From the NCBI GenBank assembly GCA_964432985.1, contig CAYSPT010000002.1, positions 45,337 through 109,336 of the forward strand: a DNA stretch of 64,000 nucleotides, given 5' to 3'. The DNA comes from an uncultured bacterium. Lineage in GTDB: Bacteria; Muiribacteriota; CAYSPT01. Of this stretch, positions 8,494-18,477 are shown one piece after another. Positions within the stretch are counted from its first letter, which is position 1. Each line of letters starts with the position of its first letter. Both the position numbers and the translations under genes were made by a program. The notes beneath the pieces were generated by a model that saw only the letters and a list, made by a program, of their open reading frames with translations, ran no database searches and was not told the DNA's origin.

Positions 8494-10578
8494 TTATTCG
8501 TTCATTTCCTCCCTCGCCTGTTTTGCCTCTTCGATGATTTGCTGGCATATATTGGCCGGAACTTCTTCATAAGCGTAGAACGTCATGGTGAAAGTCCCGC
8601 GGCCCTGGGTTATGGATTTCAGAGTATTGATGTACTTGTACATCTCGGCCAGCGGTACGTGTGCTTTGATAATCTGCCTCTTCCCGATGCCCTCCATACC
8701 CAGAATCCTGCCGCGACGGCTGTTAAGATCTCCCATGACGTCACCCATGAACGCTTCGGGAACGCTAATCTCTACTTCCTGAATGGGTTCCAGCAGAACC
8801 GGCCGGGCTTCCAGGAAACTCTTTTTAAACGCCTGGGATCCAGCTATCTTGAAGGCCATATCGGAAGAGTCCACCGCGTGAAAGGATCCGTCGTACACCG
8901 CTGCCTTGACGTCGATGACCGGGTAACCGGCCAGAACACCGTCAACCATGGCTTCACGGACACCCTTTTCCACCGCCGGGATAAACTTGCTCGGAATGAC
9001 ACCACCAACGATCCGGTTTTCGAACTCGAATCCGTCACCGATAGGAAGAGGAGACAACTCCAGATAACAATGTCCGTACTGCCCGCGGCCGCCGGTCTGC
9101 TTCTTGTGTTTGTACTCGGCTCTGGCGGTGGCTCTGATGGTTTCCCGGTACCCTATACGGGGTTTCCACACTTCCATCTCCACATTGGATTTGCGTTTAA
9201 GCCGTTCGGTCATGACCTCCAGGTGCAGCTCTCCCATGCCGAATATCAGGGTCTGTCTGAGCTCCGGCTCGACCTTCACGCCAAAGGTCGGGTCCTCCTC
9301 GGCCTGGCGAGCCAGACCGGTACCCAGTTTTTCCTGGTCGGCCTTGCTCTTGGGACTGACAGCTACAAAAATAGTGGGGGACGGAAATTCTATAGCCGGA
9401 TACCTGATCTGGGCCGAGGTACTGCATAGGGTGTCTGACATTCCTGTGCCCTTCAATTTGACCAGCCCGATGATATCGCCGGCCACCGCTTCTTTGACTT
9501 CTTCGCGGCTTTTTCCTCTGAGCGTGAGCAACTGCCCTAGTTTCTCCGACCCATCCTTGGTGGAGTTGTATGCCGAGTCCCCCGATGAGACCTTCCCGGA
9601 TATGATTTTCAAATAGGTGATATCACCTACGTGAGCCTCACTGAACGTCTTGAATACAAACCCGGAAAAGGGATCTGAAACCGAAGCGGTTCTTTCCACT
9701 TCTTGTCCGTTCTTGGGATCGATACCTTTCCTGGCCGCTGCTTCTGCCGCGCTGGGGAATATCCCGGCTGTGAATGATTGAAACCGGTCTACCGCAATAT
9801 TGTTGTAAGCAGATCCGCACATCACCGGAACGACAATTCCTTCTTTGAAAGCGATCCGCAACCCAGATAAGACCTCTTCCGCAGTGAGTTCTTCACCCTC
9901 AAGATACTTCATGGTCAAGTCCTCATCACTCTCGGCGGCAGCTTCAACCAGTTTCTCACGGTACTCGGCGACCGTGTCCTGCATATCAGGGGGGATGTCG
10001 GTTTCCTGCGCTTTACCATCCTGGTAGGCATATGCTTTCATTGTCAGCAGATCCACCACACCGGAGAACGTGGACTCCTTACCGATGGGGAGATGAACGA
10101 GAACGAAATTAGCCTTGAAATACTCTCCGAGAGAGGCAAATGACTTATCGAAATTGCTGTGTTCCTTGTCTAATTTGTTGATGAACACCGCTCGAGGCAG
10201 GTCTTTGGCCTTCACCAGCTCCCAAGTAATCTCGGTCTGCACTTCTACGCCGGCTGTACCGTCAATGACAAAGACAACTCCTTCAGCCACCGTAAGCGCC
10301 CGGTGCACTTCACCGATGAAATCGGCGAACCCCGGGGTATCGACATAGTTTACCTTGACACCTTCCGCCGATACCGGGGCGAGAGAGAGATGAATGGTGA
10401 GATTTCTCTTGATTTCCTCGGCATCAAAATCAAGGGCAGTCGTTCCTTCATCCACACGTCCCAGACGCGAATTATACCCATTATTGAAAAGGACAGCTTC
10501 AAGAAGAGACGTTTTTCCTGCGCCGCCATGCCCGATGAGGGCTATATTTCTTATTTGCTTGGGGTCAGAGGCTGACAT
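8494..10578 (-). CDS. elongation factor G paralog (EF-G2-like translational GTPase)
   Basis: G1 motif [10 protein letters not shown]3 DTPGFADF, G4 NKLD, and full EF-G domains II-V. The start is set at ATG 10578, which has AAGGAG 8 nt upstream, rather than the track's GTG 10587. Confidence 0.85.
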   Translation of the reverse strand: MSASDPKQIRNIALIGHGGAGKTSLLEAVLFNNGYNSRLGRVDEGTTALDFDAEEIKRNLTIHLSLAPVSAEGVKVNYVDTPGFADFIGEVHRALTVAEGVVFVIDGTAGVEVQTEITWELVKAKDLPRAVFINKLDKEHSNFDKSFASLGEYFKANFVLVHLPIGKESTFSGVVDLLTMKAYAYQDGKAQETDIPPDMQDTVAEYREKLVEAAAESDEDLTMKYLEGEELTAEEVLSGLRIAFKEGIVVPVMCGSAYNNIAVDRFQSFTAGIFPSAAEAAARKGIDPKNGQEVERTASVSDPFSGFVFKTFSEAHVGDITYLKIISGKVSSGDSAYNSTKDGSEKLGQLLTLRGKSREEVKEAVAGDIIGLVKLKGTGMSDTLCSTSAQIRYPAIEFPSPTIFVAVSPKSKADQEKLGTGLARQAEEDPTFGVKVEPELRQTLIFGMGELHLEVMTERLKRKSNVEMEVWKPRIGYRETIRATARAEYKHKKQTGGRGQYGHCYLELSPLPIGDGFEFENRIVGGVIPSKFIPAVEKGVREAMVDGVLAGYPVIDVKAAVYDGSFHAVDSSDMAFKIAGSQAFKKSFLEARPVLLEPIQEVEISVPEAFMGDVMGDLNSRRGRILGMEGIGKRQIIKAHVPLAEMYKYINTLKSITQGRGTFTMTFYAYEEVPANICQQIIEEAKQAREEMNE

Positions 10579-10631
10579 GTGTACCACTCCTTAAACTCGG
10601 CTGTTATCCGCTAATACTAATTGTTTCTACT

Positions 10632-10660
10632 TTGCTTGTCAACTACGTCCATGGTATTAT
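10632..10660 (+). promoter_or_regulatory. putative sigma-70 promoter for the chorismate mutase/DAHP synthase gene
   Basis: TTGCTT (10632-10637), 17-nt spacer, TATTAT (10655-10660). It lies about 40 nt upstream of GTG 10701. Confidence 0.4.
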
Positions 10661-10700
10661 CTTTTCGAATAAGCATGGTCCATTAGGAGGCGGATACAAC

Positions 10701-11759
10701 GTGAAGTCTCTGGCAGAGCTCAGACATGAAATAGACACCATTAACACAGGTTTACTTAACTTACTCAACCGTCGGGCGGAAACCGTCCTGCAAATTTACC
10801 AGATCCGTAAAAAGCTGGGCGTTCACCTGTTCGTTCCCGAACGTGAATCCGAGATGCTCAAATCAATTACCGAGACAAATCAGGGACCATTTTCGGACTT
10901 CACCATCAAGAGCCTGTTCAAAGAGATATTCAGAGCCTCTCTTAACCTCATGGAAGAGGAAGCACGACAGGTTTTGCTCAGCAGCAGACAGCACCGCAGC
11001 GAGAACACGGTGGTTGAAGTAGGCCCGGTGGAAATCGGCGGACCAAACCCGGTAATCATGGCCGGACCGTGCGCTGTAGAATCGTGGAACCAGATGGAAT
11101 CCATCGCTGCCTGGCTGTCAGGGCTCGGAGTGCAGGTCATGCGCGGCGGCGCGTTCAAACCGCGGACCAGTCCTTACGCTTTCCAGGGACTGGAAGAAAA
11201 AGGGCTCCGCTACCTCCAGGAAGCGGGCCAGCGTTATGGCCTGGTCACCATAACCGAGGTGGTGGACCCGCGGCACCTCGACTTGCTGGTGGAACAGGCC
11301 GGAATTCTGCAGATCGGAGCCCGGAACATGGCCAATTTCGAACTGCTCAAAGCCGTGGGACAGGTTAAAAAACCGGTCATGCTCAAACGTGGTTTCATGG
11401 CTACAATGGAAGAGTATCTTTACGCAGTGGAGTACATACTTTCCGGTGGAAACACGGAAGTAATCCTGTGCGAGCGGGGAATACGGACATTCGAGCGCTG
11501 GACCAGAAACACGCTCGATATTTCAGCGGTACCAATTCTCAAGCAGGAAACCCATCTGCCGGTTATTGTTGACATTTCTCACTCCACCGGACGGAAGGAC
11601 ATCGCCGTTCCGCTGGCCAGGGCCGCCCTGGCAGCTGGAGCTGACGGCATCATGGTGGAAGTCCACAACGACCCTGAAATTGCCCGGTCCGACGAAAAGC
11701 AACAGCTCGGGCTCAAGGAATTCGCTGATTTTATTGATGCACTCAAACCTTTACTGTAA
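10701..11759 (+). CDS. bifunctional chorismate mutase / 3-deoxy-7-phosphoheptulonate (DAHP) synthase, type I-beta
   Basis: The N-terminal AroQ-type CM helix pattern is [35 protein letters not shown]...[11 protein letters not shown]. The DAHPS/KDO8PS fold follows: [50 protein letters not shown] 10701 is preceded by AGGAGG. Confidence 0.85.
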   Translation: MKSLAELRHEIDTINTGLLNLLNRRAETVLQIYQIRKKLGVHLFVPERESEMLKSITETNQGPFSDFTIKSLFKEIFRASLNLMEEEARQVLLSSRQHRSENTVVEVGPVEIGGPNPVIMAGPCAVESWNQMESIAAWLSGLGVQVMRGGAFKPRTSPYAFQGLEEKGLRYLQEAGQRYGLVTITEVVDPRHLDLLVEQAGILQIGARNMANFELLKAVGQVKKPVMLKRGFMATMEEYLYAVEYILSGGNTEVILCERGIRTFERWTRNTLDISAVPILKQETHLPVIVDISHSTGRKDIAVPLARAALAAGADGIMVEVHNDPEIARSDEKQQLGLKEFADFIDALKPLL

Positions 11760-11816
11760 TGGCATGGGTTAAGAGAAGGCACAAGCTTTATTGATGCACT
11801 CAAACCTTTACTGTAA
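11709..11816 (+). repeat. 57-bp-period tandem duplication of the last 17 codons plus stop of the DAHP synthase gene
   Basis: A 30-bp perfect core tttattgatgcactcaaacctttactgtaa occurs at 11730-11759 and 11787-11816. Upstream of the core the copies are degenerate: [16 protein letters not shown] versus [16 protein letters not shown]. Confidence 0.9.
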
Positions 11817-11846
11817 ATAGGCCGGTGTTTGAGCGGACGTGAATGG

Positions 11847-12266
11847 TCAGAGCGGCTTCTCACCTGGTCCTTGATCAGGAATGGCTACTACGGCGGTGCC
11901 GCTTCCACACACCAGCAGGAAGCCGCTGCGGGAGCCTCCGGGAATGCTCCACGAGAGATCGAGGCCAATCACAGCATTGCCGCCCCGGGCGGCGGAACGA
12001 TTCTGTAGCTCAGTTATAATCTCCTGCGTCGCTTCTTCGAACTTAGTTTCAAATGCCTTGACCCGACCCCCGAAAACCTCACGGACATCGGCCATAATAT
12101 CGGTAAGAATATTGACACTGAGTACGATTTCGGTGTGTACCACACCCAGATAACGGCAGATACTGCAATTTTCAATAGAAGGGGTCGTCGTTACGATAAC
12201 CGTCTGCCCCCTCGGTGAATTCAAACCCTTCGGTGAATTCAACCCTTTTGGAGGAATCTGAGCCAT
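11847..12266 (-). CDS. YbjQ/UPF0145 family protein
   Basis: GVVHTEIVLSVNILTDIMADVREVFGGRVKAFETKFEEATQEIITELQNRSAARGGNAVIGLDL...GSGTAVV aligns with the YbjQ family pattern. The N-terminus carries an 18-bp x2 duplication (PKGLNS PKGLNS). Confidence 0.75.
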   Translation of the reverse strand: MAQIPPKGLNSPKGLNSPRGQTVIVTTTPSIENCSICRYLGVVHTEIVLSVNILTDIMADVREVFGGRVKAFETKFEEATQEIITELQNRSAARGGNAVIGLDLSWSIPGGSRSGFLLVCGSGTAVVAIPDQGPGEKPL

Positions 12267-12361
12267 TGGACATGTACCTTTCGTTGAAAAGCAGCCTCAG
12301 GTGACGTAGTATAACAGGTTCAAGTCACTTGTACAACTACCTCACTTTCAAGCAAATCCAC

Positions 12362-12391
12362 TTGACGTTTGGTAGACTGCTAAATTATAGT
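12362..12391 (+). promoter_or_regulatory. putative sigma-70 promoter
   Basis: TTGACG (12362-12367), 18-nt spacer, TATAGT (12386-12391). It lies 24 nt upstream of ATG 12415. Confidence 0.4.
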
Positions 12392-12414
12392 TTTCCTGGA
12401 AGGGGCCGAAACAC

Positions 12415-13086
12415 ATGGGAACGGTACAGCCCAAAAAGAAATCAAGGAAGTTCAGAATATTAAGAGGCGAAAATCTGCGATTGGCGGTCAATATAGTACT
12501 GGCCAGCGCCATCGTAGTGGCTCTTCCCAAGGCCTTTCCGGTGAAACGAATCAAAGCCCGGATGGGACAGCATTACTCACTTGAAAAACATGAACGATCG
12601 CTGAAAAGGACATTGGCCAAAGCTTATATTCTACGAGGAAAGAAGTTTTTCGAGGAGGGCAACATGGCCGATGCGTCTAAAATGTTCGCAAAGCTAATCG
12701 AAGTTAACCCTCAGTTCGCACCCGCCTATTACCGCCTCGCGCAAATCCAGATAATTCAAGGGCAACACGAGCAGGCGAGGAAAAACCTCAATGAAGCAAT
12801 CAAACGGCAGCCTAATTTCGCCGAAGCGTACCTGCAATTAGGAAAAAGTCTGGCCGCTACAGCCGAAATTCCAGAAGCGATCCCGCCATTAAAAAAATCG
12901 ATTATCCTTAATCAATCACTGAGGGAAGCTTTTCTTATCCTTGGTGATTGCTATGCTAGCCTCAAGGAGTATGAAAAAGCCCTGGATACATTCAGAAAAG
13001 GTGCAAAAAGGTATCCGGATGAACCGGAGATGTTCCGCCGGGTCGCCGAAACGCTTGAAGCCATCAACAAGGGGGCCCTGGATTAG
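12415..13086 (+). CDS. TPR-repeat protein with N-terminal membrane anchor
   Basis: Hydrophobic segment LAVNIVLASAIVVALP, followed by TPR units (FAPAYYRLAQIQIIQGQHEQA, FAEAYLQLGKSL, REAFLILGDCYASLKEYEKA). Confidence 0.7.
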   Translation: MGTVQPKKKSRKFRILRGENLRLAVNIVLASAIVVALPKAFPVKRIKARMGQHYSLEKHERSLKRTLAKAYILRGKKFFEEGNMADASKMFAKLIEVNPQFAPAYYRLAQIQIIQGQHEQARKNLNEAIKRQPNFAEAYLQLGKSLAATAEIPEAIPPLKKSIILNQSLREAFLILGDCYASLKEYEKALDTFRKGAKRYPDEPEMFRRVAETLEAINKGALD

Positions 13087-13499
13087 TGAGTCCTATCCCC
13101 AAGACCCCCCTGCTGACAGTTGACATGGTCATTTTCAGAGACGATACGGTACTGCTTATCAGACGAGGACATCCTCCGTTCATCGGACAATTTGCCCTTC
13201 CGGGAGGATTCGTTGATATCGGTGAGACCGTCGAGGAAGCCGCCAGGCGGGAAGCCTGTGAAGAAACCGGCTTGATCTGCGAGATAATTGAATTGATAGG
13301 AGTATACTCCCGTCCCGACCGGGATCCCCGGGGACACTCGGTGAGTGTCGTTTTTCGAGGGAAATGGATCGGCGGTGAAGTGCAGGCGGGAAGTGATGCC
13401 GCAGATGCACTGTGGGTTGCGCGAGCAGACGTACAACCGGATGAGCTTGCATTTGACCACGCGGATATTCTCACCGACGCGGGATTCCTGCCCGAATAA
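13086..13499 (+). CDS. NUDIX hydrolase
   Basis: Nudix box GGFVDIGETVEEAARREACEETG. The GTG start overlaps the upstream TAG by 1 nt (taGTG). Confidence 0.8.
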   Translation: MSPIPKTPLLTVDMVIFRDDTVLLIRRGHPPFIGQFALPGGFVDIGETVEEAARREACEETGLICEIIELIGVYSRPDRDPRGHSVSVVFRGKWIGGEVQAGSDAADALWVARADVQPDELAFDHADILTDAGFLPE

Positions 13500-13527
13500 T
13501 TCAATCGGGCTAGACAGATAATCCAAT

Positions 13528-13563
13528 AAAAAAAGGCACCCTCGTAGTGAGGATGCCTTTTTG
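13528..13563. terminator. bidirectional intrinsic terminator between the NUDIX gene (+) and rny (-)
   Basis: AAAAAAA-GGCACCCTC-gtagt-GAGGATGCC-TTTTT. The 9-bp stem has one mismatch and is flanked by an A-run and a T-run. Confidence 0.6.
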
Positions 13564-13587
13564 TTGTCCATGTTCCGGGGTGAGCCG

Positions 13588-15153
13588 CTACTTGGCGTAT
13601 TCCACGGCTCTGATTTCCCGAATTACTGTCACCTTGATCTGCCCGGGATATTCAAGCTGAGATTCAATTTTCTTGGCAATATCCCGTGAGAGTTTAACTG
13701 CCTGAACATCGTCGACCTTGTTGGATGAAACCAGTACCCGGATTTCACGGCCGGCTTGAATGGCGTATGTCTTATCAACCCCCCTGAAGGCATTGGCTAT
13801 TTTCTCAAGCTCATCCAGACGCTTGATGTATGCCTCAAGGGTTTCACGCCGTGCCCCTGACCGGGCCGCCGAGATACCATCGGCCACCTGAATCAACACC
13901 GCCTCGATACATTCGGGACGCGTATCATCATGATGACTGGCAACCGCTTCCACAACTACTGGTGATTCACCCAGTTTCTTGAGGAAATTGGCACCAATCT
14001 CGGCATGGGATCCCTCCACTTCATGGTCAAACGCTTTCCCAATGTCATGAAGAAGTCCTGCTCGCTTGGTGGTTTCAACATCGATGCCTATTTCCGAAGC
14101 CATAATGGCTGCGAGATAGGCGACTTCCTTGGAGTGCTGGAGCACATTCTGACCGTAACTCGTACGGTAATGGAGACGCCCCAACTTGGTAATGACATCC
14201 GGATGCAAGCTTCGAATGCCCAGGTCCAGAGCGGTCTGCTCTCCATACTCCTTGATAGCCTTGTCCACTTCGGCCTGTGCTTTTATAACCAGATCCTCTA
14301 TCCGGCCGGGATGTATGCGTCCGTCAGCAATCAATTTCTCAAGTGCTATCCGCGAGACTTCCCGTCGAACAGGATTGAATCCGGAAAGAACTACCGCCTC
14401 CGGGGTATCATCAATTATGACGTTTACACCGGTTAGGCGTTCCAGGGTCCTGATGTTTCTGCCTTCACGACCGATGATTCTTCCTTTCATCTCCTCGTTC
14501 GGCAGATTTACCACCGAGACGATCGAATCAACCACCTGTTCCATAGCACATCGTTCTATGGCCAGGGTGATTATTTCCTTAGCTTTTTTCTCTGCTGTTT
14601 CACGGGCCCTGTCCTCGATATTTTTGATTTTCAGCGCAATCTCATACTGCAGGTCCTCTTCCAGACGCTCCATCAGAAGTTCTCTGGCTTGCTCGATATT
14701 CAACCGTGCAATTTTCTCAAGCTGCTTAATCTGCTTTTCTTTGACCTTATCAAGCTCCTCCTTTTGTTTCATAACTTCACGTTCGTTGGTCAGCAGACGT
14801 TGGCTTTGACGTTCCAGGTGCTCGAGCTTGGATTCAATCTTGTTTTCCCTGTTTCGAAGGCGTTTTTCCTGCTTGCGTTGCTCATCGCGCTTCTCACGGG
14901 TTTCCTGCTCGAATTTCTTTTCAAACTCCTTTCGAAGCCTGCTCTGGAAATCCTTCATTTCAACTTCAAGTTCGCGCCGTTGGATTGCTATTTCGCGTGC
15001 GGCTTCTTCCATAAGGGATTTTGCCTTATGATCGGCTTCTTCCAACTGGTTACGTTTAAGTGTCTTCATTCCGATGTAGGTAGCCACAGCACCGAGGGCC
15101 AACCCGATGATACCAGCAACAAGGGTTAGTACAGTGGAGTCAATCGTCTTCAC
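13588..15153 (-). CDS. rny: ribonuclease Y
   Basis: N-terminal TM helix, a long E/K/R coiled coil, a KH domain ([12 protein letters not shown]) and an HD domain (LLHDIGKA...HH). This is the canonical RNase Y architecture and length. Confidence 0.9.
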   Translation of the reverse strand: MKTIDSTVLTLVAGIIGLALGAVATYIGMKTLKRNQLEEADHKAKSLMEEAAREIAIQRRELEVEMKDFQSRLRKEFEKKFEQETREKRDEQRKQEKRLRNRENKIESKLEHLERQSQRLLTNEREVMKQKEELDKVKEKQIKQLEKIARLNIEQARELLMERLEEDLQYEIALKIKNIEDRARETAEKKAKEIITLAIERCAMEQVVDSIVSVVNLPNEEMKGRIIGREGRNIRTLERLTGVNVIIDDTPEAVVLSGFNPVRREVSRIALEKLIADGRIHPGRIEDLVIKAQAEVDKAIKEYGEQTALDLGIRSLHPDVITKLGRLHYRTSYGQNVLQHSKEVAYLAAIMASEIGIDVETTKRAGLLHDIGKAFDHEVEGSHAEIGANFLKKLGESPVVVEAVASHHDDTRPECIEAVLIQVADGISAARSGARRETLEAYIKRLDELEKIANAFRGVDKTYAIQAGREIRVLVSSNKVDDVQAVKLSRDIAKKIESQLEYPGQIKVTVIREIRAVEYAK

Positions 15154-15371
15154 CCCCTTATTCAGTTTTCAAAGATCAAGCGAGAGTTAATCGCTCATGC
15201 GATAGATTGCATCGCCACTGGAAACCTGCTCCACGTTTGACAACGCACAGCTTAGTTTAAAGGTTTCCTTTTCATCCACATTTTACTCGCGGCCATCAGG
15301 AAAGTCAACATGTTCATTTTTACAGCGCATGTGCCACTTTTAAAGTAAAAAAAAAGCATGGGTGGGTGAGT

Positions 15372-15515
15372 GAGCGCTTTTGCGAAACAAACAGCGCCAC
15401 AGGCGAAACAAACAGCGAAGCGATGAATAAGCCGCAGCACCAACTATTAAAATGTCTTCTCAACTTTGTGAAAACGATGAAGCTCTCTGGCGAAAACAGC
15501 GACCAGGCTTGCCTG
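15372..15515. repeat. intergenic repeat element, copy A (A1 15372-15445 plus degenerate A2 about 15462-15515)
   Basis: gagcgcttttgcgaaacaaacagcgccacaggcgaaacaaacagcgaagcgatgaataagccgcagcaccaact aligns at roughly 75-80% with 23091-23165. It has an internal duplicated motif GCGAAACAAACAGCG. A weaker third iteration is ctttgtgaaaac...ggcgaaaacagcgacc. Confidence 0.6.
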
Positions 15516-15815
15516 CGCGAGAGTGCTTTTGACACACGTCGATTTTAGTGGAAAACCAAGTACGGTGCCCAAAAGGTATCCGGCGGCGCCCAAAAGGTAT
15601 CCGACGATCGAAGCAAGTGTCAGCCACGTAGCGGCAAATAACATTCCTCCGGGATCATTCTTTCGCGCCCCGGCTACGGTGGCATACCCGGCGACCACCA
15701 CCAGCGCGACAATCGCAGCGATCCGGCGGGCCAACCAATGCCAGGCCAGAAGATTCATCAGGGAGAGCACTGCACCGCCCAGGATAATTCGAGTGTTATC
15801 CCTCATGCCCAACAT
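15447..15815 (-). CDS. small hydrophobic membrane protein, function unknown
   Basis: ORF 15447..15902 trimmed to ATG 15815, because the longer version lies inside psd. It has three to four hydrophobic segments and contains a 21-bp x2 in-frame duplication (GYLLGAA GYLLGTV). Confidence 0.45.
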   Translation of the reverse strand: MLGMRDNTRIILGGAVLSLMNLLAWHWLARRIAAIVALVVVAGYATVAGARKNDPGGMLFAATWLTLASIVGYLLGAAGYLLGTVLGFPLKSTCVKSTLAQASLVAVFARELHRFHKVEKTF

Positions 15816-16470
15816 CCTTTCGAAGATCAGCCACCACATCACCCGGGACGAGTTTATCTCCTGCCTTGACGATGTAACGTACCCGGTCTGGAGGAGTGAC
15901 AATCACCACCGTTGAACCAAGACCGAACATCCCCAACAAATCTCCCTGGGAATAATTCTGCCCTTCCATGCAGTGTATATCCAGGTTGGAAACGAGGAAC
16001 GATCCGATCATAAACACCGCGGCCGGAAATCCGGCTTCGGTATCCAGAAACACCACCTGCCGCTCGTTCTCTACTTCTGCTCCGTCAAAAAGAAAAAGCG
16101 GTTTGCAGCGGCCCGGCAGGTGCCGGGTCAACCGGCAGGTACCACCCAGGGGGAAGAGTACATAATGCAGGTGCCATGGAGCAAGATAGATACGGATGTA
16201 GTCTCCGGCCTCCAACTGATCGGCCCCCGGCACACCTCCCAGCAGTTCTTTCAGATTCAACTTCCGGGGGGACCCGAGCACCGGTTTCCCGGGCACATCC
16301 GCCTGTGGTGATACCAGGGATATATCCTGCACGACTCCTTCACACGGTGAAACCATACTTCCCGGCCTGGCCCGGGGAGGTCCCGTCCAACCTCGCTGGA
16401 ACAGTGCCTGGACACCAAGAACTTCGAGCAAGCCGCTCAGGGTACTGTTCATCAAAAGAACCTCCGTCAC
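15796..16470 (-). CDS. psd: phosphatidylserine decarboxylase proenzyme (short Asd-type)
   Basis: GMFGLGSTVVIV contains the LGST self-cleavage motif. The size of about 220 aa is typical of the short PSD family. Confidence 0.8.
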   Translation of the reverse strand: MTEVLLMNSTLSGLLEVLGVQALFQRGWTGPPRARPGSMVSPCEGVVQDISLVSPQADVPGKPVLGSPRKLNLKELLGGVPGADQLEAGDYIRIYLAPWHLHYVLFPLGGTCRLTRHLPGRCKPLFLFDGAEVENERQVVFLDTEAGFPAAVFMIGSFLVSNLDIHCMEGQNYSQGDLLGMFGLGSTVVIVTPPDRVRYIVKAGDKLVPGDVVADLRKDVGHEG

Positions 16471-16546
16471 TCATTTCCTGGTTTGTGCCGTCAATGGTAC
16501 CGAGCGAAGGGGAAAAAAGCAAGTGGAGCGAAAACGTTCTAAAAAG

Positions 16547-16575
16547 TTGACAAAGATATATAGCCTGCTTATAAT
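16547..16575 (+). promoter_or_regulatory. consensus sigma-70 promoter upstream of the S8 protease
   Basis: TTGACA (16547-16552), 17-nt spacer, TATAAT (16570-16575). It predicts a leader of about 100 nt before ATG 16680. Confidence 0.6.
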
Positions 16576-16679
16576 CGTACTACCTGCGGTTCTCCTGGCC
16601 TGTTTTGCGAGCTGGTGCCACCGTAGTACAACCATGACCCAGTTGGTCCCGGGTTCGTAAATTTATAGGAGGTTGCTCT

Positions 16680-18371
16680 ATGCGTAAAGTGCTCTACACC
16701 ACCGTTTTGTTGGCCGTACTGGTTACCGTCTGTGCCGGGGCGGCAGATGCCGCCGAAATCGGGAAAGACCTGGCGGCAAAACTCGAGGGAATCCACCGGG
16801 TTGATGAAACAGTCCGGGTCGTGTTGCTATTGAAAGATAAGCTACCCGGACTCAATATGCGGTCTCCCGGTACGAGGGAAAATGTTATTCGTCATTTACA
16901 GCTTCAATCTCAGCGGAGCCAACGAGACGTTATCAACTTCATCAACATTCTCTCTCCCCGGGGCGGGTCCGACTCAGGAGTCAGGGTACGGTCCTTCTGG
17001 CTGTCCAACTGTCTGGTGATGGAAGCTCCACTGAGCCTGGTACGCACGCTTACCGAATACGACGACGTCGAGAGAATCGTCCTGGAAAAAACATTCACCG
17101 CCATCGATCCCGTTCCCGCCGATTCGAAGGACCTGGAACTTCCGTACGGGCTTCCTTTGATGGGAGTCGACAAAGTGTGGACACAGTACGCGCTTGACGG
17201 AACCGGCGTAAAAGTCGGCGTCACCGACACCGGCATCAACATGGCCCTGGGATATGCCCAGGAGCACCTGGTGGAGGGTAAAGGATTTTCAAACGGTCAG
17301 ATGACCCAGAACTTCAACGACGGACAGGGGCACGGGACCCACGTGGCCGGCACCATCTGCGGCGGTCTGGTAGATGACACCCTTTGGAAAATGATGTGGG
17401 GGATGTGGCCGACACAAGTTGGACCCTGGAAGGGAAAGATCGGCGTAGCGCCGGGAATCGACCTGTACGTAGCCAAGGTGCTGAGCGACAGCGGTTCGGG
17501 GACCTTCGAGGACATTGTCGCCGGTATCCAATGGCTGATCGATCCCGATGGCGACCCGGAGACCGACGACGGTGTCGACCTGATCAATTCCTCCCTGGGA
17601 GCGTCCGAATCGGTGCCCGAGCTTCGCGAGCCCCTGGTAAACGCCCAGGCCACCGGTGTTTTCCTCTGCTTCGCCGCCGGCAACTCCGGGCAGGTCTGCG
17701 GAAGCCCGGCTGATTTTCCCGAAATTTTCGCCGTCGGCGCCATCAACAGCTCAGCCGCGCGTGCCGGATTTTCAAGTATCGGACCGGTCGTTTTCGACGA
17801 TAAAGAGTGGATCAAACCGGACATCATGGCGCCCGGGGTAGAAGTCATCTCTTACATGAAGGACCGGCTTTTTGCCCTGGACGGCACCTCCATGGCCTGT
17901 CCTAACACCGCCGGTGTCATATCACTGCTGCTGCAAGCGGACCCGTCCCTGACGGTGGAGCAGATCAAGGCCGTCCTGATAGAAACTGCCATCGACGGAG
18001 GAACCGAGGGACCCGACAACTACTACGGGTATGGCCGTGTGGATGCCCTGGCGGCGGTGAAGAAGGTCATTGGCGATAAAGAGGCGGGACTTATCCTGTC
18101 CCAGCGTCTTGTCCTGCTTGCCAACCTGGAGTTCGACCGCTTGTGGGCGGAAAAGAACCGTGATTCCGCAAAGGCTTTCCGGGCGCTGAAGCACCAGGCC
18201 CGTCTCCGTGAACTCATCGCCGGATTTATAGCCGCCCGTGACATAGATGAAGAAACTCTAGACAGGACCATTGCAGAAGTTTCAACTCCCGACACTCAAC
18301 GGTTGTTCGAACTGCTCAAGATCAATGTACGGGAGAAAGCGATCAGGGAGAAACTGGGGAGCGGCCGGTAA
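16680..18371 (+). CDS. secreted subtilisin-like serine protease (peptidase S8)
   Basis: Signal peptide LLAVLVTVCAGAADA. The catalytic triad contexts are VGVTDTGI (Asp), HGTHVAGTI (His) and GTSMACPNTAG (Ser). AGGAGG lies 8 nt before the ATG. Confidence 0.85.
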   Translation: MRKVLYTTVLLAVLVTVCAGAADAAEIGKDLAAKLEGIHRVDETVRVVLLLKDKLPGLNMRSPGTRENVIRHLQLQSQRSQRDVINFINILSPRGGSDSGVRVRSFWLSNCLVMEAPLSLVRTLTEYDDVERIVLEKTFTAIDPVPADSKDLELPYGLPLMGVDKVWTQYALDGTGVKVGVTDTGINMALGYAQEHLVEGKGFSNGQMTQNFNDGQGHGTHVAGTICGGLVDDTLWKMMWGMWPTQVGPWKGKIGVAPGIDLYVAKVLSDSGSGTFEDIVAGIQWLIDPDGDPETDDGVDLINSSLGASESVPELREPLVNAQATGVFLCFAAGNSGQVCGSPADFPEIFAVGAINSSAARAGFSSIGPVVFDDKEWIKPDIMAPGVEVISYMKDRLFALDGTSMACPNTAGVISLLLQADPSLTVEQIKAVLIETAIDGGTEGPDNYYGYGRVDALAAVKKVIGDKEAGLILSQRLVLLANLEFDRLWAEKNRDSAKAFRALKHQARLRELIAGFIAARDIDEETLDRTIAEVSTPDTQRLFELLKINVREKAIREKLGSGR

Positions 18372-18410
18372 ACCGCCGCGAACAAGGAGATATCTCCAGA
18401 AGGCTGGTTG

Positions 18411-18430
18411 CTTTCCAGGAACCTGGAAAG
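18411..18430 (+). terminator. possible hairpin/attenuator between the S8 protease and ABC permease genes
   Basis: ctttccagg-aa-cctggaaag, a near-perfect 20-nt palindrome. It is preceded by a second palindrome, ggagatatctcc (18386-18397). The downstream T-tract is weak, so terminator function is uncertain. Confidence 0.3.
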
Positions 18431-18477
18431 TTAGTGGATTATTCGCGATCTATTCGTGTACACTACGTCGCGAACCT

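Noticed and set aside
15252-15548. Small ORFs (63, 71 and 60 aa) across the dispersed repeat upstream of rny
   Set aside because: Their peptides are products of the internal nucleotide repeat. The homologous repeat copy at 23091-23165 does not preserve any of these frames.
16610-16665. tRNA-like segment (ggtcccgggttcgtaaat) in the S8 protease leader
   Set aside because: It has a GGTTCG T-loop-like motif, but no complementary T-stem, acceptor stem or anticodon arm can be drawn.
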